DNA of 63,987 nucleotides, filler included, from Nitrospirota bacterium (GTDB taxonomy: Bacteria; UBA2233), in NCBI GenBank assembly GCA_011620345.1. It is 5 parts of 5 records of this genome, joined end to end, with 100 filler letters (N's around TTAATTAATTAA, not from the genome) between each part and the next. Parts side by side here need not be neighbours in the genome. Positions count along the whole stretch, not along the records: positions 28,523 to 42,311 come from WOZJ01000013.1; positions 42,412 to 55,581 come from WOZJ01000062.1; 3 more parts are not named here. One strand, written 5' to 3'. Position numbers and translations under genes: made by a program. Of the stretch, positions 39,120 through 48,580 are shown in pieces (position 1 is the stretch's first letter; each line of letters opens with the position of its first letter). A model generated the notes under the pieces. The model searched no databases. It worked only from the letters and a program-made list of their open reading frames with translations, and had not been told where the DNA came from.

Positions 39120-40229
39120 TTAGGAGACCACCCGGATCTTCATTCCCTCTTCGAGGGCGTCGGAGCCGTCAGTAATAACCCTTTCGGCTTGCTTGAGCCC
39201 CGAGAGGATCTCGACGAGCCCCCTTTCTCGGACCCCAGTCGCCACGACCCGCTCCCTGGCCGTATCGCCCTCGAGCACGTACACGACAGGCTTGCCCCGC
39301 CTCGAGGTGAGCGCGCCCTCGGGGATGAAGATCGCGTTTGCCTTCTTGCCTACAACGACCTCTACGTCCGCAAAGAACCCTGGCTTCAAGAGCGCCTCGG
39401 GGTTTGGCACGTACGCCTTGAGCGTGACCATGCGCGAGCTCTGGTCGGCACCCGGGGCGATATAATAGACCCCGCCCGTGAACAGCTCGCCTGGGTAGGC
39501 TTGAGTGCGCATTCGCACCAGCTGGCCGATTTTCACCTTGTAGACTTCGGATTCCGGAATCGTGAAGGTGAGCTTGATCGGGTCTGTTTTTAAAAGCAGG
39601 AACAAATCGTCTGCTACCTTCATGTACTGCCCGGGAGATATGTAGCGTACTTGAATAAAGCCAGGCAGGGGGGCGCGGATACGGGTATCTTTAAGGCGCT
39701 CCTCGGCAAGCCCCAAGCTCGCCCGCATTTGATCCACCCTTGCTTCGGCAAGCTCCACCCTTGTCTTGGCGTCGTCGTAGTCTTGCTTGGAGACCATCTC
39801 TTTTTTGACGAGCGCTTCTTTTCTGGCGAGCGTAACCTTGGCGTTTGCTAAATCGGCGAGCGCTTCGGCCACGTCGGCCTTGGCCTTCAAAAGCTCTTGC
39901 TGGATCTTTTTGTCGTAGAAGATGCAAAGGAGCTTTCCTTGCTCGACATAGCTTCCTTCCTCGACGTAAAGCTCTTCAACCCTCTCTTCGACCCTGGCCT
40001 TGATCGGAACGGCCTCGTCGGCAAAAAGGCTGCCTATGGCCTTTACGGTAAGCTCAAGCTCCCTTGGTTTAACCATCGCTACCTTTACGGGAAAGCTATC
40101 GGCCGACTTTTGGCCGACCTCTTTGGCGTTCGAGTCTGGCTCTGTTCCCTTGCAGGCAGGGACAGAAAACGCAAGAAAAGCGAGCATTAGTCCCTGGAAG
40201 AAGCCAGTGCGATCAAATATTCGTACCAT
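39120..40229 (-). CDS. RND membrane fusion protein
   Basis: Lipobox VPAC, IRAPLPG, LKPGFF; start 40229 (or 40268) overlaps the upstream TolC gene. Confidence 0.9.
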   Translation of the reverse strand: MVRIFDRTGFFQGLMLAFLAFSVPACKGTEPDSNAKEVGQKSADSFPVKVAMVKPRELELTVKAIGSLFADEAVPIKARVEERVEELYVEEGSYVEQGKLLCIFYDKKIQQELLKAKADVAEALADLANAKVTLARKEALVKKEMVSKQDYDDAKTRVELAEARVDQMRASLGLAEERLKDTRIRAPLPGFIQVRYISPGQYMKVADDLFLLLKTDPIKLTFTIPESEVYKVKIGQLVRMRTQAYPGELFTGGVYYIAPGADQSSRMVTLKAYVPNPEALLKPGFFADVEVVVGKKANAIFIPEGALTSRRGKPVVYVLEGDTARERVVATGVRERGLVEILSGLKQAERVITDGSDALEEGMKIRVVS

Positions 40230-41584
40230 TTCCTGAAGAGTGCCTCGCTGTTTTTTGGGGGCTGCCATTCGGCTTTAAGCAGGTTGAGCCCCATCATACG
40301 CTTTAGGTTATAAACGGCAACCTCGTGATCGAACGTGTCGTTCGCCAGATTGATCTGGGCGTTTAGATAAGCGGCCTGAGCGTCGGTAACGTCTATCGCG
40401 TCGGCTAGGCCCACCTTGTACTGCCCGTTGATCAGCTCTAGGTTCGAGCTGGAGGCCTCGACCTCGGCCATTGAGGCCTCGAGCGTCTTTTCTAGGGTGA
40501 CGATGCTCAGGTACGCCTCTTTCACCGCATAATCGATGTCGCGCTTCAACGCCAGGTAACGCTGGGTAGCCTGGATGAGCGAGGCGGTCGTATCGCGCAG
40601 GTCTACAAACCTCAGCCCCCCTTCCAGGATGGGCACGGTGACGACGCCGTACACGCTCCAGTTGTCGCGCTCATGGGGATAGGGCGTACTCCCGAACGTC
40701 GCCCAGTTCGCCTGCATGTCCATGTAGGGCAAAAAACGCGTAAAGACGAGCTGTTTGTCGTTGCGCGCCGAGTACAGGGCCTCTTCGTAGCTTTTCAGGT
40801 CGGGCCTTGTCAGGTAGGTCATCTGAAGGATCTTATCGAGAGGCAGCTGGGGCTTGAGAACCGTAAGGGGACGAACGGGCTGGATTCTTTCTTTGGGCAG
40901 GTGAAGGTACCTAGCGAGGCTCTCGAGCGCCAAATCGAGGTTGTTGCCCGCCTGGATCAGGTTCCGCTGGGCCGTGGCGTAATCCACCTCCGCCCTCAAG
41001 ACGTCCGTTTTGATAACCTCGCCTACCTCGAGCCTCACCCTGGCGACGTCCAAGTGCTCTTTTGTCTGCCTTAAGAATTCCTCGTTGATCTCGACCATCC
41101 GTTGGGACTTGAGCACGTTGTAGTAGCCGCTCACGACCTGGAATAGGTACTCTTGCGAAACGTAGAAAAGATCGGCCAACGACCCTTTGATCGTATGCCT
41201 GGCACGCGCCAAAAGGACGGGTAGGCTGAAGTCGATCAAACGCTCGGTTAGCAGGATCTCGCCCTGCGAGGAGTGGTTGGACGCCCCTCCAATCTCTCCA
41301 AGCGTCTGGCCGCGCTCCGCGGCCGAACGGGCGGCCCCAACCCTGGAGTGGAGGTAATCGAGGTTATAATCGACCTTAGGAAGGACGGTCGTGAGCGCTC
41401 GGTAAGGGTCTAGCCTGGCGCGCTTCACCTCTTCGTGCGAGACGGTGACCTCTTCGGAGGTCTTTAGCGCCTGCACGAGGGATTCTTTCAGGGTAAGCGC
41501 GGACGAAACGCCAAGGAAGCCCAAGAACGAAAGAAGGCACCCGGCAAAACCCAAAAAATAGCTAAACTTTCGAAACATTCCCAA
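40187..41584 (-). CDS. TolC-family outer membrane protein
   Basis: Signal peptide; two OEP repeats (RPDL, VPILEGG, YKVG). Confidence 0.88.
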   Translation of the reverse strand: MGMFRKFSYFLGFAGCLLSFLGFLGVSSALTLKESLVQALKTSEEVTVSHEEVKRARLDPYRALTTVLPKVDYNLDYLHSRVGAARSAAERGQTLGEIGGASNHSSQGEILLTERLIDFSLPVLLARARHTIKGSLADLFYVSQEYLFQVVSGYYNVLKSQRMVEINEEFLRQTKEHLDVARVRLEVGEVIKTDVLRAEVDYATAQRNLIQAGNNLDLALESLARYLHLPKERIQPVRPLTVLKPQLPLDKILQMTYLTRPDLKSYEEALYSARNDKQLVFTRFLPYMDMQANWATFGSTPYPHERDNWSVYGVVTVPILEGGLRFVDLRDTTASLIQATQRYLALKRDIDYAVKEAYLSIVTLEKTLEASMAEVEASSSNLELINGQYKVGLADAIDVTDAQAAYLNAQINLANDTFDHEVAVYNLKRMMGLNLLKAEWQPPKNSEALFRKWYEYLIALASSRD

Positions 41585-41789
41585 GGGCCTGGACGTGAAT
41601 CAAGGGAAAAAGGCCATGCTTCGCTGGAAGGTCAGCCATACTTCACGAAGCGCTTGTCGCGACAAGATGGCCTAAGCACTCTTGCCTTGCACGGTAAATT
41701 TCATGGAGAGTAGTATAACACAACCCATGAAGCACAAGATGAGCCCTCAAGCACGAACTGCCAGGAACCACGATTGAGGGGGGTCCCCA

Positions 41790-42290
41790 ATGCCAAGGCT
41801 CTCGAAGGCCTTCTTTGCGGCACTTATCGGACTTGCTTTCGGGGTTGGGTGCGCCAGTGTTCCCAAGCCACCCGATGCCCACATGAAGCTTTACAAGGCG
41901 ATCAACACCTACCTCAAGGCTCCTTACAGATGGGGGGGCAACACGGCTAGTGGGATCGACTGCTCCGGGTTCGTCAAGCAAGCCTACGGCAGGGCGGGAA
42001 TCGAGCTGCCGAGGACGGCCAAAGAGCAGCACGCGATCGGTAAGGGCATCAAAAGAATGAACGACCTTAAGTACGGGGACGTCGTCTTCTTCGCGATGAA
42101 AAAGCGCAAGGAGAAATTCCTGTTCTTTTTCACCCGCTACAAGAACGCCGATTTGCCGACGCACAACGGCATTTACCTTGGCGATTACGTGTTCGTGCAT
42201 GCATCCAGCTCTCAAGGCGTTACGCTTAGCCTCTTGAACGACCCTTACTGGCAGTTCCACTTCATCGATGGAAGACGCTACCTGGATTAA
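41790..42290 (+). CDS. NlpC/P60 (C40) peptidoglycan endopeptidase lipoprotein
   Basis: Lipobox GVGC, PYRWGG, DCSG, LPRT, HNGIY, HASS. Confidence 0.92.
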   Translation: MPRLSKAFFAALIGLAFGVGCASVPKPPDAHMKLYKAINTYLKAPYRWGGNTASGIDCSGFVKQAYGRAGIELPRTAKEQHAIGKGIKRMNDLKYGDVVFFAMKKRKEKFLFFFTRYKNADLPTHNGIYLGDYVFVHASSSQGVTLSLLNDPYWQFHFIDGRRYLD

Positions 42291-42311
42291 GCCAGGCCCC
42301 GCCTGCGACGC

Positions 42312-42411
42312 NNNNNNNNNNNNNNNNNNNNNNNNNNNNNNNNNNNNNNNNNNNNTTAATTAATTAANNNNNNNNNNNNNNNNNNNNNNNNNNNNNNNNN
42401 NNNNNNNNNNN
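42312..42411. other. Artificial contig spacer
   Basis: N44-TTAATTAATTAA-N44. Confidence 0.99.
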
Positions 42412-43583
42412 CTTGGGCCTGGCTCCAACGTGATCTTCCCCCCATGCTCCTCGATGATCCGGGCAGACAACGGAAGCCCGAGACCAATCCCTTTCTCTTT
42501 GGTCGTGTAAAAAGGGATGAAGAGCTTTGGAATCTCCTTGGGGTCCACACCAGACCCCGTATCTTGGATATCCACCCGAAGGAACGCCTTCGACCAATGA
42601 ACCCCGCAGGACACCTCTCCGCCGCCCTCGATCGCCTGGAGGGCGTTGAGGACGAGGTTCAAAAACACTTGCTTGAGCTTGTTGCCATCGACACGGAGCA
42701 CTGCGGGCTCTTTCCCGTAGTTCTTAACGAGCGTGACTCCGCGAGATTTCGCCTCGTACGCCGTAAGGATCAGCACCTCTTCGAGGATCTCTTTGATATC
42801 GTGAGGGGCCTCGTGGAGGCCAGACGGCCTCGCGAAATCGAGAAACTGCTCGATAAGCAAGTTAATGCGCTTCACCTCGTTGTTGAGCACGGTGATGTCG
42901 TCCGTTACCTGACAAAATCGGCAAAACTCCGGCGCTTGGCGCTGGATGGCGTAAAGAAGCATGTTGATTACGTTTAAAGGGTTCCGGATCTCGTGCGCAA
43001 GCCCGGCAGATAGCTCGCCTAGGCTCACGAGCCGCTCTTTGTCGGCGATCTCCTTTTGGGCCTGAACCACCTGGCTATGCAACCTGGCGTTCTCGATAGC
43101 CATCGCGGAGTGAAGCGCCGAGAGGTTGGCAAGCTCGAGCTCTTCTTGGCTAAGCGCCTTGGCAAACGACCAGTAGATGTTCATTACACCGATCACGACA
43201 CCCTGTACGCTCAAAGGAACGCTAAGCAGGCTCACGAGCCCCTCCTCTTGGAGAAGCGCCTTGTATACGAGCCTGTCCTCCCTGGAAATGTCCGGAATAA
43301 AGATGGGGGAGTTGGTTTTTACGACCTCTCCCACGAGCGAGCCGGCTACCTCCAGGGGGGGTTTTTTTGTATACCCTTCCGAGCCCAAGTAGTGCGCTTT
43401 GATATAAAGGATTTCTTCATCTTCGTCGAGGAGCAGGATTGACACAATCCTGGCATCCAGAAGGCTCGAAACGACCCGGGTGATGCCCTGGAGCGTATCC
43501 TCCAGGGATCCAGGGTTGGAATACATCGTAACGATCGCCCTGGATGCCTTGAGCAGCTTCGATTCTTCAACTCGTTCTAGCAT
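42412..43583 (-). CDS. Cytoplasmic GAF-domain sensor histidine kinase (NtrB-like H-box), last residues cut by contig end
   Basis: GAF (SLLSVPL...IGVMN), LAHEIRNPL, QVFLNLVLNA, DTGSG, PFYTTK, GIGLGL; ATG 43583 overlaps hesA end; no TM segment. Confidence 0.9.
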
Positions 43584-44302
43584 GCCTGGCAAACACACCC
43601 GGTTCTTTTTTTGAGCTTGATCTTCTTGACTTCCAAAGGCATCACCCGGATTAGCCCTAGCATGCCGTAGTACTCTTTTGCGCCCATCCCCAAGAAAGAG
43701 ACGGCCACGAGCGCTCCCAAGCATCCCATGAGCCCTGCATGGGCCCCGAGCACGCCAAAGCGCGGGTCCCAGGATGGAAAGCTGGGAAACAGGCAAAAAA
43801 GACACGGCGTTCTTGGCGGGTCCAAAAGAACGACCTGCCCCTCGAAGGCGTACATGGCAAGCTCCAAAAGCGGGGTTTGCGTTCGCATGGCAAACCGTCC
43901 AAGCGCTTCTCTGTCCTTGAAATTATGGCGGCAATCGACGACGAGGTCCGGCTTGGGCTGCAAAGCGTCAAGATCGAGGTCTCGAACAAACCCAGAGAGC
44001 GCATGAACGCGCGTCGTTTTACTGAAACGCTGAATCGCTTCTTTGGCAAGCTCTGCCCTTGGCCGCCCGAGGCCGTCTTCGGGCATCAAGATCTGACGGT
44101 TCAAGTCTTCAAGGGTAAGGACCCCTTCGTGCACGAGAGTAAGCTCGCCCACGCCAGCCGCCGCCAGCTCGAGCGCAAGAGGCCCACCTAGCCCCCCCAC
44201 GCCGGCCACAAGCACGCTTGAAGACGCAAGCCTTCTTTGAGCCTCGATGCCAAACCCGGGCAGTGCGATCTGCCTTGCAAACCGCCGGTAGGACTCCTCC
44301 AT
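43577..44302 (-). CDS. hesA: HesA/MoeB/ThiF-family protein
   Basis: RFARQI, GVGGLG, DLNRQIL, PCLFC; inside nif operon. Confidence 0.85.
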   Translation of the reverse strand: MEESYRRFARQIALPGFGIEAQRRLASSSVLVAGVGGLGGPLALELAAAGVGELTLVHEGVLTLEDLNRQILMPEDGLGRPRAELAKEAIQRFSKTTRVHALSGFVRDLDLDALQPKPDLVVDCRHNFKDREALGRFAMRTQTPLLELAMYAFEGQVVLLDPPRTPCLFCLFPSFPSWDPRFGVLGAHAGLMGCLGALVAVSFLGMGAKEYYGMLGLIRVMPLEVKKIKLKKRTGCVCQAC

Positions 44303-44309
44303 GGGTCCC

Positions 44310-44714
44310 CTAAGAGAGCAGCTCCTTTTCGCCCGTCCTTACTGCGTAGGTCTCTTCAAGGGGCAAAACGAACACCCGACCATCGCCCGCGTTACCGGTT
44401 TGATTGACTTCGAGGATCGCTTTGAGAGTATCTTCGATCTTTTCGTCTTCCACGACGATCTCGATGAGCCTTTTTGGGACAAACTGCAAGGGCCGGTGAA
44501 TCTGGTGTTCGAGCGCGTACCTAGCGGGGGTCATGTTCAGCCTGCCAGGCCCCTCAATGGCTTCCATCTCCGGGTCGATCTCGCTCATCACCCCGCCCTG
44601 CTTACCCCTGCCGAGCACCGCATGCAGCGTCATGCCCGTCACGCCGACCCTCTCGAGCGCTTTTTTCGTCTCGGGGACAAGCGCCCTCCGGATGATGGCC
44701 ACAACCTCTTTCAT
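44310..44714 (-). CDS. nifI2: PII-family nitrogenase regulator NifI2
   Basis: MKEVVAIIR, GRGKQ, long T-loop, PKRL, GDGRVFV, RTGE. Confidence 0.87.
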   Translation of the reverse strand: MKEVVAIIRRALVPETKKALERVGVTGMTLHAVLGRGKQGGVMSEIDPEMEAIEGPGRLNMTPARYALEHQIHRPLQFVPKRLIEIVVEDEKIEDTLKAILEVNQTGNAGDGRVFVLPLEETYAVRTGEKELLS

Positions 44715-45028
44715 AGCCCCCTTTCCCCCGTACGGATGGTGTAGGCATCGAGAACGTCCGTTACGAAGATCCGACCATCGCCGATATTTCCCGTCCGCGC
44801 GGCCTCCATGACCGTCTCGACGACCTTTGGCACGTCCTCATCCTCTAGAACCATCAAGAGCATGACCTTGGGCAGCTCGTCGTAATGAACAGACCCGACG
44901 ACAACCCCTTTTTGCTTACCCCTCCCGAACACGTGCATCTTGGTGAGCGAAGGATACCCTTCGGCCTCGAGTTTCAAAACCACCTCGTACTCTTTCTCGG
45001 GCCGGATAATCGCCCGGACCATCTTCAC
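44711..45028 (-). CDS. nifI1: PII-family nitrogenase regulator NifI1
   Basis: RAIIRPEK, GRGKQKG, YDELPK, GDGRIFV. Confidence 0.9.
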   Translation of the reverse strand: MKMVRAIIRPEKEYEVVLKLEAEGYPSLTKMHVFGRGKQKGVVVGSVHYDELPKVMLLMVLEDEDVPKVVETVMEAARTGNIGDGRIFVTDVLDAYTIRTGERGL

Positions 45029-45044
45029 GGCACCCTCCTAACGT

Positions 45045-45521
45045 TTAGTGTATCTCCAGTTGCCTTTGCTTCGTCGACTTCGTGCGACGAGCGAGTTCCG
45101 ATTTGGGAGCTAGGAGCTGCTTGAGCCAAGGAGGAGGGTCTTTTTCGATCGCCCGGACGAGCTTTTGCAAAAACCCCTCGACGGTCTCTCCTGCTTTAAC
45201 CTTGACGGGGCTGATCCCGATCCGCACCAGCGCAACCGTGACCTCCGGCCCGATCTCGCCGGCTACGATCACGTCGGTCCCCTTAAGGGCCTCGAGCTTG
45301 TCCATAATCCCGCTCGAACCTGACGCCTTGAGATGGTGGAACGACAAGACGCTTTCGATCCACGCCCCTGCCCCGTCGAGCCTGTACACGACGAAACGCT
45401 TGGCCCTGCCGAAGTGCTCTGTCAGGTGAAGGAGGTCGTCGGATGCGAACGCAACCTTAATACCAAGCCCGTCCTCGGGCTGCCTGGAAGTCAAACGAAT
45501 GCTCGAGAAGGGAGCTTCCAT
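45045..45521 (-). CDS. Second NifX/NafY-family FeMo-co binding protein
   Basis: KVAFAS, HFGRA, IGP, PPPWL; start ATG 45521 after SD AGGAGG. Confidence 0.82.
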   Translation of the reverse strand: MEAPFSSIRLTSRQPEDGLGIKVAFASDDLLHLTEHFGRAKRFVVYRLDGAGAWIESVLSFHHLKASGSSGIMDKLEALKGTDVIVAGEIGPEVTVALVRIGISPVKVKAGETVEGFLQKLVRAIEKDPPPWLKQLLAPKSELARRTKSTKQRQLEIH

Positions 45522-45534
45522 CGTATCCCCCCTC

Positions 45535-45813
45535 CTATGCCAGCATCCGTTCGGCATGGGAAAAGCACTTCTTTGGGCAGGCACGCTGGCAGGACTGGCA
45601 TCCGATGCATTCGTCAGGGCGTGCCAGCCCCATGACCATCCGCCCATCTTCGTCATCTTCTAGCTCCTTGAGCATGAGAACATCGCACCCACATATCTTA
45701 TAACATCTTCCGCATCCAAGACACTTGTCCGTATCGATCGCCTGCACGAATTTAGGGGTCCAGGGCCTGCCAGAGGCGTTGAATGAAACGAGCAACCCCG
45801 AAGCTTCAGCCAT
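45535..45813 (-). CDS. fdxB: nif-specific ferredoxin III
   Basis: WTPKFV, CLGCGRCYKIC, CIGCQSCQRACP; start ATG 45813. Confidence 0.88.
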   Translation of the reverse strand: MAEASGLLVSFNASGRPWTPKFVQAIDTDKCLGCGRCYKICGCDVLMLKELEDDEDGRMVMGLARPDECIGCQSCQRACPKKCFSHAERMLA

Positions 45814-45858
45814 GACTCTCTCCTTCATTTTAAGCTTATCGCTTGCCAAATAGGGCCT

Positions 45859-46059
45859 TTAAACCCGTCTCAACTCGAGCGTGACGGGAAGCTTGCCTTC
45901 GAGCGCCCCCGGCGGAACGAGCAGTCGAAAGCCGTTTGAAAGCGTGAGAACCTCCCCCAAATCCTCGAGCTTGCGCTCGAGAACCTCTTCTTCCAAGTCT
46001 TTCTTGGCGATGTAGACGGTCAGCTTCCCGCTTGGAGTCCTACGAATCGTCGCCTTCAC
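45859..46059 (-). CDS. nifT: NifT/FixU protein
   Basis: YIAKKDLEE, LSNG, LPVT. Confidence 0.88.
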   Translation of the reverse strand: MKATIRRTPSGKLTVYIAKKDLEEEVLERKLEDLGEVLTLSNGFRLLVPPGALEGKLPVTLELRRV

Positions 46060-46077
46060 CCTGTTTTCTCCTTCAAT

Positions 46078-46377
46078 TCAAATCGATACGCCGCATTCGG
46101 CCTGGCACTCGACACATGGGTTTGCGAGCCCTTTCTTCCGAACCTCTTCCCGGATGACCTCGCCGTAGGCTTTAAGGAGCGAGAGCCGAAGAAACTTGAT
46201 AGCCTCTTCCTCGTTAGGCTTTGGCTCTCTGGCCTCGATTCGGGCCTTGTAGGCCCGAAAGCGCCGAAGCAGGGGCACCCTGAACGCCTCGATTACCCCT
46301 TGGTCGTAAGCGACCCCGAAAAACTCGAAAAATTCCTCGGCCCGCTCGAGCCTATAGAACGCCTCCATCGTCTTCAT
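46078..46377 (-). CDS. nifW: Nitrogenase-stabilizing protein NifW
   Basis: AEEFFEFFGVAYD...R..LLRRF; C-terminal CxxCxxxC. Confidence 0.82.
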   Translation of the reverse strand: MKTMEAFYRLERAEEFFEFFGVAYDQGVIEAFRVPLLRRFRAYKARIEAREPKPNEEEAIKFLRLSLLKAYGEVIREEVRKKGLANPCVECQAECGVSI

Positions 46378-46841
46378 GGGGTGCTAGCAACCTCTTTGAA
46401 CCGGTCGAATAGCGCCTTGGCTTTGCAGGTCGCGTTGCGCGCGTCGCAAAGAAGCTTCTCCAACGAAGAAAACCCAAATGCCTGTGCATCCCTGAGGGTT
46501 TTATCGAGCACGACGAGCCTGCCCGCATAGATCACGACTCTGCCAAACCCCTCGGAGGAAACCTCCAGAACCATCTGGAAAAACCCTCCTGTGTCGCGCT
46601 CTAAGGTAACGGCTATCGACCTGTAAAACGCCCGGATTTTTTCGAGTGTTGCGGAATCGAGAGGGGAGCAAGACGACCCATCCCCCTTCTTGGGCTTTAT
46701 GAGTCCGCCGAGCAGCTCTTCATCGCTTTTGGCATCCAGCGTGCCGTAAAGATCGTTCGCCCTAAGCTGGCTGGCCAAATCCTTCAGGAACGTCCCCTCG
46801 AAAGAGCCCGTAGGCTGGCCAGAGGGCTCTTCTGCCCTCAT
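46374..46841 (-). CDS. NifX-associated protein (DUF269)
   Basis: QLRANDLYG, EGFGR, LRDAQAFGFSSLEKL. Confidence 0.87.
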   Translation of the reverse strand: MRAEEPSGQPTGSFEGTFLKDLASQLRANDLYGTLDAKSDEELLGGLIKPKKGDGSSCSPLDSATLEKIRAFYRSIAVTLERDTGGFFQMVLEVSSEGFGRVVIYAGRLVVLDKTLRDAQAFGFSSLEKLLCDARNATCKAKALFDRFKEVASTP

Positions 46842-47215
46842 AGGGCCGCATCCCTTACGAGAATCTTGCGAATCCAGGGCGGCGGGTTCGTGCCCAGCAT
46901 GGCAACGAGCCTTTTGAGGACATCTAAAATCTCGTCCGTTTCCTTGGCCTTGATCGGGTGGATTCGCTTGCCGACAAGCCTTGCCGCAGCGCTCGGGCCG
47001 ATCTGTGCCATGTACACGATCGCGCAGCCATCCAACGCCTCGATCTTTCCATTCAGCTTGTCTTCACTCTCGGGCCCGCCTTGTCCCTCGAGGAACGCAA
47101 GCTCGGATACGAACCGGTAGCCCTCAGGGTCCACTTCGTAGAAGAACATCCTTTTGGACCTTCCAAAATGGGCGTCGATATGGACGCCGTCCTCGCTGGC
47201 AAACGCTACCTTCAT
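46838..47215 (-). CDS. nifX: FeMo-cofactor carrier NifX
   Basis: MKVAFAS, HFG, EDKL, IGPSAAA, PPPW; follows nifN. Confidence 0.92.
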   Translation of the reverse strand: MKVAFASEDGVHIDAHFGRSKRMFFYEVDPEGYRFVSELAFLEGQGGPESEDKLNGKIEALDGCAIVYMAQIGPSAAARLVGKRIHPIKAKETDEILDVLKRLVAMLGTNPPPWIRKILVRDAAL

Positions 47216-48576
47216 CCAACTTCCTCCAATCCAAAGTGGCTTACTCCGTGATGCTCTCTTTCTTCGAGTTTTTGCTCTTCCAACTCCAAAAGGACGTTTG
47301 CGATGTCGGCAAGGAGCCGTGCCGAGCCTTTGTATCCCACCTTCGAGCGCATCGCCCCTCCAACACGGTCAAATACGGGCATTCCCATCCGAAAGAGGGG
47401 AATATCCAGCCTTTTGGCAAGACGCGCCGCCCTTGCGCTGGCTACGAGCAAGTCTGAGCCCGCCGCCATCCGCTCCAAATCGCCCAGGTCTCCGATCGTG
47501 ACCTCTTCGGCTTCGATTGCGCCAAGCGCAGGCCCGTTGGCCGGGGCGATGAGCGCTTGAAGCTCCATGCCGGCCTCTTTGGCAAGCTGGGCGACGGCCA
47601 AAAGTTCGTCTGGTTCGAGCGCGGCACTGAGCTTCTTTCCTCCCGTAAAGAAATGCGCATCGAGCATGGTATCCAAAAGCCGCTCCCTGTCGCGCTGGAT
47701 CTTTTGGGGCACCTTCCCGCCAGAAAGCTCGATTAGCGCGGATACAAACCTGTCCGTCGCTTGCAGCCCAGTTACCGAGTCAAAAACCCGGTAGGGAACG
47801 CCAAAGCCCTCTTGAAGCCTCCTTGCCGCCCCCTCGACGCTTTTCCCAAACGCGAGCGTCATACGGGCAAACGGCATCTTCCCCAACTCCTCGAGCCTGG
47901 TTCCGTCCATGACGACGGGCCGAAACCCCCTGCCGGACAGCCTTCCGTCCATCCCAAGCGATAGATCGGGAAGGACGATAGGGGTCAGCCCGAAGGCTTG
48001 GATTAGTCCCTTGATCTCGTCCACGTCCCCCGGGGCGAACCCTGCGCTAGGTAAGACATTGAGGAGGTTTCCCCCGGAAATCGGCTTCAAGGCGCTATCT
48101 TCCGGGATCAGCCCGCTTACGAGGGCTTCCAGCATCAAGGCGAACCCGTCTTCAAGGCTTCCTTGAAAATCAGGCGCGTTTGCAAAGACCAGCGGCGTTT
48201 TGAACTCTGGATGGTCACTCTTGAAGTTCTCGAGCATACCCCTTACGTCTTCCCCGCGCGTCTCTGAGAGCGCCGTGGCGATGACCCCGATCATGGAGGG
48301 GTGAAACTTTTGGGAGAGCTTAAGGAGCGCCCTTCGCAGGTTCTCCTCGCCCCCTAAGATAACGGGCATTTCGCTTAAAGCAGACGTTCCCATCGGGGCA
48401 GGTTCTCTGAAATGGCGGGTAAAAAACACCTTGGCGAACGAAGCACACCCCTGGGCCCCGTGAAGAAGCGGCATCGCGCCCGCTACACCCAAAAGCGCCA
48501 TGGCCGCACCAAGCGGCCTCGAGAGCTTCAAGGGGTCAACAGAGACGTCTTTTTTGATAGAAACCGCCCTGGCCAT
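47212..48576 (-). CDS. nifN: FeMo-cofactor scaffold subunit NifN
   Basis: PLKLSRPLGA, HGAQGC, RHFREP, PVFDRVG; start ATG 48576. Confidence 0.94.
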   Translation of the reverse strand: MARAVSIKKDVSVDPLKLSRPLGAAMALLGVAGAMPLLHGAQGCASFAKVFFTRHFREPAPMGTSALSEMPVILGGEENLRRALLKLSQKFHPSMIGVIATALSETRGEDVRGMLENFKSDHPEFKTPLVFANAPDFQGSLEDGFALMLEALVSGLIPEDSALKPISGGNLLNVLPSAGFAPGDVDEIKGLIQAFGLTPIVLPDLSLGMDGRLSGRGFRPVVMDGTRLEELGKMPFARMTLAFGKSVEGAARRLQEGFGVPYRVFDSVTGLQATDRFVSALIELSGGKVPQKIQRDRERLLDTMLDAHFFTGGKKLSAALEPDELLAVAQLAKEAGMELQALIAPANGPALGAIEAEEVTIGDLGDLERMAAGSDLLVASARAARLAKRLDIPLFRMGMPVFDRVGGAMRSKVGYKGSARLLADIANVLLELEEQKLEEREHHGVSHFGLEEVG

Positions 48577-48580
48577 CTTC

